Source: Oculina patagonica (taxonomy: Eukaryota). Taken from it: a stretch of DNA of 64,000 nucleotides. The position numbers and the translations under genes are program-made. Within the stretch, counting starts at the first letter, position 1; each line of letters starts with the position of its first letter. Location of the stretch: contig NC_135765.1 in NCBI RefSeq assembly GCF_052425735.1, positions 1,116,001 to 1,180,000 of the forward strand, given 5' to 3'. This document shows positions 36,970 to 50,738 of the stretch, piece by piece. The notes beneath the pieces are model-generated. The model searched no databases and was not told the origin of the DNA. It saw nothing but the letters and a program-made list of their open reading frames with translations.

Positions 36970-37129
36970 AGATTTATTTGGTGTTCTTGATAAATAGAAG
37001 CTGGAACAAGTCGTTGTTGCAGTATCGAATATTATTAGATTTTAGAGGCATCCAAGGGATTATTTAGGTGGATAGTCTAAGCCTGCAATTTCTTTTTAAG
37101 CCTGTAATCGTTTTAAATATTCGGATTTA

Positions 37130-37664
37130 GGGCCTGATTACATGAGCCGGGCTGGCCCGGTTAGCCGGGCTGGCTCGGTTTGCCGAGATGACTTTCAGCG
37201 CGGTATTACATGAGCCCGGTTAGCCGGGCTGGCCCGGTATGCCGAGATGACTTTCATCCCGGTTTCAAGCATGAATAATCAGAGCACGAATGATCTTAAT
37301 CACCTTTTACCGGCAATTTGGTGGTAAATTTTTTGCACTTATGCAGCTGGATGGGTTACGTTACCTCTACATCCTATTTAGAAGGAGTAGCATTGATTTT
37401 TTCGTCGGATATTGTGCTCGGAAGAGAAATTTGATGCTGGCCCGCTTTGCCGGGCTGGCCCGGTGAACGCGATTACATGGAAAATTTTCAGCCCGGCTAG
37501 CCGAGATCCCGGCATCGCGATACCGAGATCTCGGCTAGCCGGGCTGGCCCGGTTGTCATGTAATCGCAAAGTTGATGTTTGTTGCGTTTAACAGACGTGC
37601 CGAGATCTCGGCAAACCGAGACAGCCCGGCTAGCCGGGCCAGCCCGGCTCAAGTAATCAGGCCC
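37130..37664. mobile_element. PIF/Harbinger MITE downstream of the gene B stop codon
   Basis: TIR gggcctgattac.tgagccgggctggcccgg; TTA TSD on both sides. Confidence 0.9.
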
Positions 37665-38000
37665 TTAGTGTTACGGAAAGCTAGAGTTGCCTGTAGTGAA
37701 ATATTATCCCTCGATATTATTTTGTGCAGCTATGCTATTCAAGGAAAAGTCAAGTCGGGTTTTCAAATAAAATTTAACGTGCAATTTAGGCATCAGAAAA
37801 TTGAATTTTGCTATGTAATCCATGCGAAAACTCTAATTGTGGTATTTTAACCTATTTTATTTCCCGTTACGTACTACACATAAATGTTCACGATTCTATA
37901 ACGAATCTTTGACTAGCCTAAGGCTAGGGTACTTAGGATTCCTAATTTTTAGGAGTTGTCTGAATGTAATAATAATAAAAATAGATTTTTTTATTATTAT

Positions 38001-38284
38001 AGAGCAGTTTTCAGTTGAGTGTCGTAAAACCAAAACCAAAGTAATTACTCTGACCAATCAAAAAGAACACTAACAATTCAGTAAACCAATCAAAACTCGA
38101 AATAATTACATGAAGACGTCACTAAGCGCGCGAAAACATGCGCGAGTATACTCACAATTGGTTTTGGTTTAACTTCTCATTGGCTGAGAAAGTGGTGTGA
38201 TACTTTTGAGCCAATCAATGAGCGTAGTAATGCAAAACCAAAGTGAAAGCAAATTACTTTCGACCCGCTAGTGAAAACCGCTCT
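38001..38284. mobile_element. MITE
   Basis: agagcagttttca ... tgaaaaccgctct termini with internal ccaatca repeats. Confidence 0.65.
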
Positions 38285-39635
38285 AATATTGTGAAGTAAG
38301 TCTTTGGTAAATTAAACTTACCAAGAATTTGCTTTTTCATCTCGTGAAGTTCTTAAGGTACTGTACTGTATGAAATAAGTTAAAGAAGTTGACGACTTGT
38401 GCATTTAGTGGTCAAATGCACGTAAATAAATCAGAAGCATTGCAAACTGTTACTTCTCGTTCTATGTCACTTTCTGTTTAAAAGCAGGCTGTAATTGATT
38501 AACGCCCCCACCCCACCCCTCAAAACCTCTTCCCTCCTCCCTACGCGCAGGCAAAATGTTCCCTCATGAAATGAATTAAGTATACCATTAATAAGAGATA
38601 TGTCTAGCCACGCGGTCAGATCTCGATAGTTGGTTAACCAATATTTTGAGTTATGAATAAACTAATACATTATAATTATGACTCATTTTCAACAATTCAC
38701 ACATGTTCACAAAGCCATAAAAAATGAGCTAATTTTCCAACGGTCTCACTGTTGTTTCGATTCCAGGATTGAAGGCTTGTCCTTGTTTAAAGTCATTTCG
38801 TAATTTGCTTATACATGGCATGTTTTGCTTTAAAGAAACTTTTCTGGGGCAATATCTAGTCGACAGCGTCAAAACATTCAATATCATCACCATATCATTC
38901 ATCATCATCTTTTGTAATATTGAAATATTAAGGCGAAGAGACTTCTAAGAAACCACCAGGCTTATAGAGGAGGCAACCTCGGTTAGATTTATGAAAGTGA
39001 ATATATGAAACTTCTTGTATTTCAATGCTGACAAGTGTCCAAGCCTGCGCGCAGATGTCTTCTATTTCCTTTGCTTTACGCGGAAAGAGTCCCTTATTCG
39101 CGTGGAGCAAAGTGTTAACTTTTTTCTTTTTTTCATTGTGTTAATGTAGTGCTTTTGGTGTAAATAAAATATTCATTTTAAAAAATCATGTCCGGTAGTT
39201 AAAAAAAACAAAGGAAGTAAGAAGACGTCTGCACGCAGGCACAACTCGAGTGTTCTTCATCGGTAAGTTTAGAAAGTCAGATATATAAAGATATTACAAG
39301 CGGCGTAACGATGTGTATTTCAATTTCGATTGGTAAAAATAATATTTAACAAATGAGCGAAACGAATTACTAAAATTGAATATTATTTTTAACACGAAAA
39401 AGTAATGTTAATCTGATTAATGCATGTCTTCTCGCCACCCTGTACTTTTAGTTTATAGACAGAAAACATGAATTAAGTACAAGTTCTTAACAGTCGTACA
39501 AAAAGGAATATGATGTCATAGATGTCCTCACGTGTGTGGAGATGAAATGAAAAACGACTCACATTCTATAAGAAGTTTTGAATAAATTGTATGAGTGGTC
39601 TATTTCCCAGGAACACACTGATGGCTTTACAGTAA

Positions 39636-39875
39636 AGCCCGGGCTAAACGAGGGTGAGAGTTGATGAGAGTTCAAACTCTCACTCTCGTTTGGCATGGAA
39701 CTATCATGCACTTTCATCGACTTTGAACGTGCTCAATTTTTTTGTGAGAATCAATAAGAGTTTGACGGACTCTCGTTCTCGTTTGGCCCGACTGTTGGTG
39801 ATAGTCGATGAGAGTTGACGAAAACTCTCATGAGAGTTGACTCTCATCAACTCTCATCCTCGTTTGGCCCGGGCT
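39636..39875. mobile_element. PIF/Harbinger MITE
   Basis: agcccgggc.aaacgagg.tgagagttgatgagag / reverse complement; TAA TSD. Confidence 0.85.
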
Positions 39876-40320
39876 TAAGAAATAATGCGTTACTCTGTTG
39901 CCCTTGAACTGACAGAAGTGCAGAGACCCTTGAATTGACAGAAGTGCAGAGACTGTGTTTTTTGTACACTTCAGGTGATTAATATCACTGAAGTGCTGCT
40001 TTAATATTCAGTCTTTGTTTTCAAACTTCAGAAATTTTAATAGTTGCGGTGGAAAGCACAATACCAGCGGAAAAAACAATCGTATAATCAAATCGCTGTG
40101 GGGATGAGGTTTAGTAAACGAGGAAAATTGGATTGATTAAGATGTTGGGTTTAAGTTTCTTTCAGTGCCATTCAGCCTCGTGCGCCAGTCAAGCGAATCC
40201 CTGAGTCAGCGGATTCCTTCGCGTACGTCTAAAATTAAAATGCATGAATCATATCACAAACTTTCCTTGTTGTAAAAACGGAAGATCGCATTCGTCGACT
40301 TGTTCCCGAACGAGCTGACA

Positions 40321-43300
40321 ATGAAGCTTCTTTCGTTTGTTTTATTTCTTGCTTTGGAAACTTTGCTCGTGGACTACGCTTCGAGTTCATCGTGCCCGCC
40401 GTTAAATCGCACGTTATTTAACGACTGCATACAAGCGGGCTACAATGTTTCTAACTTTACTTCAAGCCGATCGCCAAACGTACTTTCCAGTTTAATTGCG
40501 AACATGCAGAACAAGTTTAAAAACTGTTCTTCGTTCTCAAGTCTAATGACTTGTTCGGTCCATCTACCGAAATGTTCGGCGGGGACATCAACGTTACCAT
40601 GTAAAGAAGTATGCAAGAATTTTGTTGCAGATTGTCAACACAGTTCAAGCGCGGATGACGGATTGATAGCTTTATTCAGAGGCATTTGTGAGCTGCTTCC
40701 TTCAAGCAAATGTTTGCCAAAGCCAAACAATTTAAATAATACTAACCCTGGTAAGTGAATAACGTTTACTTTAATAAATTCCCTAATTTCGTAATCCGGG
40801 CTGAAGCAAGGCTAGATTGTGAATATAATTATAGCTCATTAGTAGTCATAAAGCTGTGTTTATTAGCAAAATAATATTCTTTGAAGCATGCTATTTGTTA
40901 TTCCAAAGGGAAATAAGGTGATTAGTCTGCTGGCTTATGTAATTGACTGTATCCTTATTAGGCGTAAACGCAACATGCACGCAAACTGCCAAGGTTCACC
41001 GGCTTCAAACAGAATATTTGACGCACCAAGTTAATCTCTTGGGAATAGACCTTAACAGGTGTCTATACATAGTAAAAGCACTTCGAACCATTACCTGTTC
41101 CTCGAAAACAAATAACAATACCCAGTTGACAAAATTGACGTTTTTCAGCCAAATTTACACATGAATTCAATATACCAATGTCATTTGGATCGCAACGTTT
41201 TTCGCAGCCTTCGGAAATAACAAAATGTAGACATAATAGTGTTGTTACGAATGCATATTTAAAAACTTTCCACTTTCATTCTGTTTCTTCGTTTCTGTTT
41301 ACAGAAGCCGTCAAGTGTGAGGAACTCGTCATCAAACAGTGCCAAAATGCTGGCTATAACTCCACATCAGTGTCAAATGCATACCAAAAGATGGTCCAAT
41401 CAAGCACAATCTTTCAAGACAGTGACGCGAACTCCGCGCTACGAAAAATAATATGCATGGAAATTGCACCACCATGCGATGCCAAAAATAACCAGAAATT
41501 ACTGGTTCCCTGTAGGTCCATGTGTGATGAAGCGTATAATAAGTCACGTTCAAAGTTCCTTGATGTCTTCAAGTCCCGGGACTATTGCTCAGCATTTCCA
41601 GAGAACACACATGTAGATGGAAAAGAGTACTGTTCGCTGCAGGCTTGGCCAGTTAATGGGTTTTGGCCCAGTGGTTTGTGGACATCCCTTACCTCAGCAG
41701 GTATTTTATAAGCAATAGACTGTTCACAGGCCTTCTATTTTTCAACGCAAAAAAGAACGCGCGCAAGAGAAACAGTGAGCGAAGCACAAGGGGGTGGACG
41801 GTGGGTGCTATTTTCTTTTCCCCCTCGGACTTTCCACAAGTTGCTTGAAATTATTCAAAAAGTTGCTCGAAATCTCTAAAAAGGTGCTTGAAGGTTTCCC
41901 CAAAAATCCAAGAAAAGGTGCTTTTGATTAAAAAAAGTTGCCCCAAAGATCCAAAACGCTGCTTTTTATTAAGAAAACTTCTCCAAATATTGCTAATTCC
42001 CTTTGAAGGTATAAGATTTCTAATCAGTTTCATGCAATTTCCCTGCAACAGAAGTATCTAAATAACATTTAAAGGTTAAAACTTGTTGGAAAAATCATGA
42101 AGATGTCGATGACGTCATGTTTGCTGACTAATTTAGTAATGTTTTAAAATGAGTCGAAAGCTGAATCGTGTTCGGATGTTCCACGAAAATCTTCGGCAAA
42201 CTTCGTTAACCTTCGGAAATGTGCGTATGGCTTTTGGACAATTTTCAGAGATCTTCAGTCTAGACATTGTTCAAAATGCAACAAGTTGCACAGATGGAAA
42301 AAAGTTGCTTAAAGGGGAAAAAAATGTTCGAAATATGAAAAGTTGCCAAAAAGCTGCCGAGCAACTTGTGAAAAGCCCTATTGCCTTCTCCTCCCCCCTC
42401 GTGCCTGCAGGTTTGCGTTGGCGTCCAGTTCACTCACCATTCCTTCCCTGCATTCAACTATCGAAGAAATATACGAAAAAAATAGAGGGCTGTGAACAAT
42501 CTATATTAACAATAAAAGCACTGATCCTTGCGGCAAGGAGACGAAAAACAGATAGGAGATTAAAGAAAAACAGTGATGTACAAATGAAAATATGATATTT
42601 GCCAATATTTGGTTTGGAAAAAAATAATCGTTTACGTGGAATTGTTTCTCAAGTATTTTACCTCAAACTTAAGTTTTTTCTGCAAAGGAACCGATTATTT
42701 TCCTCATCGGTTTGTCTCTGTGGCTTTGCCTTCAAATATATAAAAACATCTGCAATATCACAGCGACAAACGGATAAGTGGTGCCGGATCTTTTGAATTC
42801 CTGTAGTTTTATGCCATGTACCTTCCATGGTGTTGAGTAAAACCTACAACACTTACCAATTTTGTTTTAATCCTTCATTTAGCCCAACAACAGAACTGTA
42901 CAGTAGACGCACCGAAGGACAATTCAACCACGTCTGCACCTGTGGTTAATACAACCACGTCTGCACCTTCGGGCAATACAACCACGTCTCCACCGACCAC
43001 GACTGCACCTGTGGTTAATACAACCACGTCTGCACCTTCGGGCAATACAACCACGTCTCCACCGACCACGTCTGCACCTCAGGGCAATACAACCACGTCT
43101 CCACCGACCACGTCTGCACCTAAGGGCAATACAACCACGTCTCCACCGACCACATCTGCACCTCAGAGCAATACAACTACGTCTCCACCGACCACGTCTG
43201 CACCTAAGGGCAATACAACCACGTCTGCACCGACCACATCTGCACCTAAGGGCAATACAACCACGTCTGCACCGACCACATCTGCACCTAAGGGCAATAC

Positions 43301-44540
43301 AACCACGTCTCCACCGACCACGTCTGCACCTCACGGCAATACAACCACGTCTCCACCGACCACGTCTGCACCTAAGGGCAATACAACCACGTCTCCACCG
43401 ACCACATCTGCACCTAAGGGCAATACAACCACGTCTCCACCGACCACGTCTGCACCTAAGGGCAATACAACCACGTCTCCACCGACCACGTCTGCACCTA
43501 AGGGCAATACAACCACGTCTCCACCGACCACATCTGCACCTAAGGGCAATACAACCACGTCTCCACCGACCACGTCTGCACCTAAGGGCAATACAACCAC
43601 GTCTCCACCGACCACGTCTGCACCTAAGGGCAATACTACCACGTCTCCACCGACCACATCTGCACCTAAGGGCAATACAACCACGTCTCCACCGACCACG
43701 TCTGCACCTAAGGGCAATACAACCACGTCTGCACCTTCGGGCAATGCAACTACGACGAAACCAACAGGCAATTTAACCACGCTTGCACCCAAGACCAATG
43801 GAACCGCGCCTGCACCCAAGACCAATGGTACCAAGCCCACACCAACATCTCATGTAACCACGCCTGCGGCCACTTCCAAGAAAACCACGACTGAATCGCA
43901 CAAGTCAAGTACAAGTAGTAATCCTTCTTCTGGAACGAAAGGTAAGAACCGTAACGTTGTGCGCAACTTTCCAAACCAACTACAGTACTAATATAATATA
44001 CACAGACAAAAGAAAGGAGTTTGTCTAAAGTGGTGTTCATACTTTGATAAGGGATCGCGTTTCATTTGATTTATTTCTCGTGTTTTTGTCTTGAAAACAA
44101 GGGAAATATAGACCCAGTGCAAATATGGCTGCCGTTTTTTCGCTCGTTTTTTTTTTTTTTTTTTTTTTTGGGAAAAAAAAAATAAAGTATGGGTATTGCT
44201 TACAGGAAAATTTATTTCGTTTTCAACAAAATATCGAAAAGGATTAACGTTAAAAAACGTGTAATTCTATCCAAATGCCTTTTAACTAATAATTACAAAT
44301 AACGCATTTCATGCAATCAGTCTCTTGTTAAACTTTATTTTCATCTTCACTTAAGGTTCACCCCCAGTGGTCAGTGCACACAAAGGTGGCAAAATGTCTG
44401 GAGGAGCTATCGCTGGTACAGTGCTTGGCATACTAGCACTCCTAGTTGCCATTGTGGTTGGTGTCATTTGTTTCAGGAAGCACCACAAAACGAGAAGCCA
44501 ATACAGACACAGTCTTATGGTGGATATGGATGAACTGTAA
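40321..44540 (+). CDS. Cluster gene C: 2 Fz-type CRDs, mucin stalk of about 350 aa and TM, about 689 aa
   Basis: Exons 40321-40750, 41305-41700, 42883-43941 and 44356-44540 (2070 nt; all introns phase 1). Signal MKLLSFVLFLALETLLVDYASS. TM GAIAGTVLGILALLVAIVVGVICF; tail RKHHKTRSQYRHSLMVDMDEL* (last exon not in the ORF track). Confidence 0.88.
43060..43740 (+). repeat. Coding VNTR, 42-bp unit, about 16 copies (TTSAPKGNTTTSPP)
   Basis: Unit caccgaccacgtctgcacctaagggcaatacaaccacgtctc, nearly identical copies, in frame in gene C exon 3. Confidence 0.95.
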
Positions 44541-45593
44541 CGATATTATTTAATGAATGGGCAGTCAATTAAGTCTTTTTTGCTGACATTACAAAAAGAG
44601 TGAGGCGGTATAAGACCTGTGCAAAATATAAACTTTCTATTTTCGCGTCAGTTTCCAGCTGCGAAGGAAATGCTTCTGGACGATAATATTTCGCTAGTTT
44701 CAAGCTAGCGTAGTTTTTTGTACCCCTCAACAAGATTACCACATGATTTTCCCTCATAGAAGTCCGGGTTTAGAAGTAAAGCTAAGTAAGAATTAAAATA
44801 GCATTATAAATGCTTATAAGTTAATCGCTGTTGTTAGATGGTGTACCCAGAGGAAAAAAAAGATTTTTCTCTATAATATTTTGTATCTATTGCCTCATCT
44901 GTACTGGCACTGACCCTCGGTGGAATCGCGATTTTTCGAACTGTCGATTCTTCTTCTTTCTTCTTTGTTTCCCATGGAAGTTTGAAAAATCGAGAATCCA
45001 GTGTATTTTGATATTTTGATAGTGGTAACCACGTGAATTACAGTTAAACTGCGTGAATAGTTTTGATACATTGCTATCTTCTAAAAAGGTAATTTGGCAA
45101 GGAAAGGAACAATTACGTCAGTACATCGAATGTAAGGTACTGTGCAAGTGCTCCATATTTGCCGAGAATAAGTTAAAATAAAAGTAATACAAAAACGCTG
45201 ATTTTGAAAGTTGTGTTTTCAATAAAGTTTTAACTGTTGCACAACTATATTGAGTGTACAAAATTTAGGCAGAGGACGACAACAGCAGTGGAAGTATTTA
45301 AGAAAAGATTCTGTGAGTAGTACAACGGGCCTAGCTGGGCCTTTACGTGCGTTACACATCTTAGTATACGTGCATGTTTTAGAGGAACGGAGGCATGTAG
45401 AGAGAAAAAGGGGGAGGACGGAGCCCGGGAGAATTGGAAGCGGAAGGGGTACGGGGGACGAGAGAAAGAGAGCGGAAGCGGGATTACCAAGGTGGAATCG
45501 GGAACCCGGGGAAATTGAGATCGCGGGCTTAAGTGCTATATTTTTTCTGATATCGGTCAGTAAACTCTTACAACATTTCGTAATATTTTGCAC

Positions 45594-45789
45594 TAGACCT
45601 TTTTCGCTTGGGCGTTTTGTTGCCCATTACAGACCATGTGATGATACTCTTGAGAATTCTTGCTTTTAAATTTTCAAATAGTCGCGTGTATATGAATGAA
45701 TAAATTTTATGTGGATAAAAGGAAAATTCCCTAGAGAACATCACGTGGTCTGTAATGGGAAAACAAACCGCCCAAGCGAAAAAGGTCTA
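45594..45789. mobile_element. MITE
   Basis: TIR tagacctttttcgcttgggcg / cgcccaagcgaaaaaggtcta. Confidence 0.8.
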
Positions 45790-47518
45790 TAGAAAGAGGC
45801 GGGACCACTGAGGTAAGGATGAGAACCAAGGCTAAAAGGAACGGAAACGGGAAGTGCAGATTCTCCACCCCCCCCCCCCCCCCCTTCGTTTCTCAGGCAT
45901 TTTTTTCATGGTTACAGCGCTCTGTTAAGAAATTTAGACTCATCACATTTTACAAATTATTTAATAACGATCCAACATTACTGCATCGTCATCAATTTTA
46001 ATACAGTTTTAATGCACCTGGCATAACGAACTTATTCTGTGTTTCTGATACATATTGTAAACTGGAATTGTAGCGTGGCACCACTGCTGTTTACTCATAC
46101 CATTTATAGAAATTACTCTTTTTCGTGAGAGTTCTAACGTTGTCCCAAAGCAAAAACAACAAAAAAACGGAGCAGAACTGGCGCGTTTTGCGACTTTGTC
46201 AGAGCATCCATTGCAATAAAACACTGACTGACCGACTAACTTTCAATGAAAACTAAAAAAGCCACAAATTTTATCTCTGTTATAAAGAAATTGGTCCTTG
46301 GTTTTATCTGATGTGTGTTTATCGAATTACAGGTGCACTTATGACGTTTTTTAGAGCACAAGCTAGGCTAGACCTTGAGCAACTCTTGCACTTCTCTTGT
46401 GCTGTCCAAACCCCTCCCGCGCGTACCCATAATAACAAGTCAAAAGACGTAAGCTTTGACGAACCAATTACTGATTTAAAAACACACCAAACAAGACCTA
46501 AAAGAAAGGAGCAGGCTTTGTATGAGTGTAAATCTAACTAAACATTTCGCTAAATGGAGATACCCCAGGATCTCTATCTAGACTCTATCAGTTATGTGGC
46601 CTTTAACCGGGCTAGGCCGCTAGTTATGTCCACACTCCTAATCTTCACTGCTCCGTTGCAGGGATATCATTGCCTTGTTTTCTATATCCCATGCTGGGTG
46701 CGCGACTACGCCACTTCCACCAAATGAGCCCCGCCAGTGCGAGCCCTACAATACTCAGGGACACCACGACAGCCACAGCAATGACCCATCCTTTAGGCCC
46801 TTGACGTTGAGGTTCTTCTGTTGTCGGTGCTTCTGTCGATCCTGTGAATAGACCCATAAACTGTTATTAGAAGTTACACGACCTGTTAAAGTACAGTACC
46901 AATTGTGTGAAACGAGTTGAACTCCTGATCAAGAGGTCTGTGTTTGAGCGCTGACAAGGATAATTATGTTCTATTTTAAGGCAAGATACTTTACTTTTTT
47001 CTCGCTCACAGTGCCTCTTTCCACTTGGCCATCCACTGGATACATGTGAAATGTAAAATGCGAACTGTAAAGGCAACGTGACAACATTCTATCGGAAGCA
47101 GAGGCAATTCATGTCGTTCGACTAGCATTCCAATGACAACCTCGTTCCCAGGGCATTTCCTTTGGTACGGAATTCGGAATTACCAAGGGAAAAGCCCTGG
47201 AAATGTGATTTTTTCAACGAGGGATAACTCGATCAGCAATGACTCCTAGCTATAGCTGCTTCAAGCCACAAGAAACGCGGATAATCTCCGGTAATGTGAG
47301 CCAGTGGGTCGACTGCAACTCCACCTCACTAAACTAAATAAAATAGTTATTAAATATAGCATTGACTAACCCAGATACTTGAACCAATCGAATGAGCTAG
47401 GGTATTCTGTGCGATCACAGAAGCCGTGACTAGAGTCTCCCTCCGCTAGCAAACTGCAATACTCTGCACCCATGTTATGCTGACTGAACAAAAATCACAG
47501 TATAAGTATAAATACTAG

Positions 47519-47812
47519 TTATGCAACGCTTTCGAGTGGTATACTACGGAATATCCCACATCACTTGTATTTCTCGGTATACACACGAGCCTTTAGGCGA
47601 GGTGTACCAAGAAAATAAAGTGACAAGTGGGATATTCCATAGTATACCACGAGAAAGTTTTTCTATTATACCATGCCATAGAAAATACGCTACTAAATTT
47701 CGTCGAGAATACAGTCGCAGCGCACGATGGGAAGGTTGGGTTGAATACCGTCGAATATACAACGGCTTTCCTGTATTCTGATTGGCTGTATTTTCTATGG
47801 CATGGTATAAAG
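47519..47812. mobile_element. Repeat/MITE insertion in gene D intron, absent from gene E
   Basis: Inverted motifs ataccatgccatagaaaatac / gtattttctatggcatggtat; no counterpart in the homologous gene E intron. Confidence 0.55.
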
Positions 47813-49296
47813 TAGCATAAAGAACTGCTCGTTCCTCTAATCGAGATGCTATCGCAGGTTAACCCCAGCATTTTTGTCGGGTTCCCCTCCCCCCCCCCCC
47901 CCTTCTTCACTCTTTTACGGTAACAAAAAAAATAATGAATTTAAAAAAAAAAACGAAAAATTTCTGAAAATATTTTGTTTCTGGACGCCATATTATTGAT
48001 TAGTTTGTAGGGGACGAAAGTAACAGCACTTTAATACTATTGCCAAAATAGACTCGCCTTCAACTTAGCTACACAAAAACAAGTTTTTAAAGGTTTTTAG
48101 TTATAATCGAAAAATGTGAGGCTTCTACAGGATCATGCTTTTTATTACAAACTGGCTTTCTAAAGGCGAGTGGACTTCTCATGAAAAAAGCCTGTTTCAT
48201 CATTGGTCAGTTTTGATCCGAACAAATGGCATAAGTTTATAAGACAATACAGTTTGTTTTCGAGCTCACGCTAAAGGTAATTCATTTCGTAACAATGAAA
48301 GTGAAATTGTCTTTTCTTTTTTCATTCGTTCTGGTAACATGTCAGTTGCCGATACTTCAAAATGACCAGAAAGGTTCGTGTCTTGATGTTAGGTTTAAAG
48401 GGTCAGTGAGTAGTTATGTCGAACGTTTTGTGGAGCAACGTCCCTTTATCGCAACGTTTTGTCGTTTTAAGAAATACTTTTACAAAAGAATTTTAAGCGC
48501 TTAACAATTACATTTTAATTTCAAATTCCATTTCCGGTATCGAAGAGCAATTTAAATCCAAAAATTTTTCGGGGGAGAAAAACCCCCATTCCCGAACCCC
48601 TCCCCCCAGTTGGGTCACGCTTCCGCGTTTCAAGACCACACATATAATCTTGACTACATCTGCGTTTTTTAATGCAGGCATTCCGAACTATTCCTAGCAT
48701 TCTGTACCAACCATTCTTATCCCAGAATTGTGGGTAAAATAAACGCGCCCTAAATCGGAACATGTATAAACAAATAAATGTGTTATAAGACAATTACCTG
48801 AAATATCCTGGGCAGTCTCTGGCGATTTCATCACAAACCGATCTGCACAAGGCCTTCCTTCCGGGACTTTTGTCATTTGGGAAACACGGAGGGAAAAGTT
48901 CTCCACAATACAGCCTCTTTATATTTGCTTGACACTTAGGAAACTTGAAAAGGTCTTTTTCAAGGTGCTCGGGGAAGCCTTTCTCTAAATTTCCTTCGCC
49001 GTATGTTCTGTTATAAACCAATTTGTAAATCTTCTTTTGGACTGACTCAGAAAAAATGGAGTGGCTATAAGTACCCAAGTTTTTACACGCGGGAAAGATC
49101 AATTTTTGACAGCCACGATCCAAAGGACCTAAAGGAAAACAAAAAACAAGTTAAAAGGTCCACAATGGCTTCATGTCATTGCTGTGGATTTCTAAGTAGT
49201 TTTCTGGGCAATTTTTTCACTGCGAAAATGGTATTTTGGTCACTGGGACTAGGAATCATTAACAAAAAAAAATGAGAATGGGACTGGGATTTTGGC

Positions 49297-49558
49297 AAAA
49301 CAAAGACTGGGAAATGGAATTGAAGCAAAATTTTGATTAGGAATAGAAGTTATACGCCCCCCTCCCCCCCCCCCCCCAAAAAAAAAACAAAGACTGGGAA
49401 ATGGAATTGAAGCAAAATTTTGATCAGGAATAGGAGTTATACGCCCCCCTCCCCCCCCCCCAAAAAAAAAACAAAGACTGGGAAATGGAATTGAAGCAAA
49501 ATTTTGATCAGGAATAGGAGTTATACGCCCCCCTCCCCCCCCCCCCCCTCCGCTTCAG

Positions 49559-49604
<46 letters not shown>
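49297..49604. repeat. Three tandem copies of a unit of about 85 bp, followed by (CT)n
   Basis: aaaacaaagactgggaaatggaattgaagcaaaattttgat...ttatacgcc-polyC repeated 3 times, then (CT)n at about 49561-49603. Confidence 0.9.
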
Positions 49605-49607
<3 letters not shown>

Positions 49608-50169
49608 CGACATTATTGACACTTTTGGCGCCATTCTGACGTGACAGTTGTCGAACTTTTCGCGAATCTTCTTAGGTTTTGATTGGATACCACATTTTAC
49701 AATAAGCCGAGGCATCCGATCTACAGATTGACAATTGCGTGAAACCACAAAATATACCTCGCGGTTTCAACGGATACGAAAACAAGATAGAAAAACAAAA
49801 TTTAACTTAAATAGATACTTCCCGATATTTCGGTTTCCAACTGGGGAACAATTTGGCGCAGTGGTGACACACTTTTTGAAACCGAAATATTGGACAATAT
49901 CTCTTTTAGTTTAGATTTGTTTTCTACCTTGATTTCGTATTCGTGTTAAGAGAGTCAAGTCTTTTTTAATCGGCTGTGAATTTAAAAAGAGCATTTAAAC
50001 TGCCTTTTTAAAATGTGACTCCTGCTCTTAGTCACGTTAGATGAATTGGCGAAATTCCAACAGCGTCGACAGCGATTGTGACGTGACCAGTTATAAAATT
50101 CAGACGAGACACGTGCATAACTGCACGTGCATAACTTGCTCCCCAAAGACGATATTATACGCAGCAAAA

Positions 50170-50655
50170 AGCTTTATCTATTAAATAAGATTAGTTTTGG
50201 ACACTGTCCAGATTATTTCATTCCATTTATACATTATCTAAAAGACACTCATAGCTACAACACTAAAGCTACAACCAAGAATAACCTAGTTCTTCCTAAG
50301 CTAAATACAAAAGAATTTCAGGTTGCAGGACATTCCACACTAGCGCAACCCGCCTCTGGAACAATGTCGAGGTTTCCATTCGTAATTCTACATCGCGCAA
50401 ACAGTTTACAGGAAAACTACACCAAAGGCTACTAAAACAAAATGCTGGACTAGAACATTTTAAAAGCAATAGCACTTTTTAGTTCTTATTGTATTAAATT
50501 AAATTTAAATTTTTAACACTTAAGTATATAATATGTAGTTAGGTTTTCATAATATGCAGTTAAGTATATAATATTAATATGTAGTTATTTAGGGAGGGCC
50601 ATATTGTAAACTACTGGGCCACCAGTAAACTATGTTACCCTCGTCAAATAAAGAC

Positions 50656-50727
<72 letters not shown>

Positions 50728-50738
50728 TATTATTATTA
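50170..50738 (+). mobile_element. 3' fragment of a CR1/L2-group LINE with (TTA)n tail
   Basis: HSYNTKA...LVLPKLNT and frameshifted RTF..RLWN-like C-terminal motifs, followed by AATAAA and about 80 nt of (TTA)n. Absent from paralog E. Confidence 0.7.

Noticed and set aside
17300-40320. TCF/LEF-like CTTTG(A/T)(A/T) sites upstream of genes A-C, suggesting Wnt feedback
   Set aside because: The motif is expected by chance at this frequency in AT-rich DNA, and no clustering is evident.
42875-43840. Minus-strand ORFs (VVGGDVVVLP and RCRRGRW repeats), and a CRISPR-like appearance
   Set aside because: These are antisense shadows of the 42-bp mucin VNTR. There are no unique spacers and the context is a eukaryotic exon.
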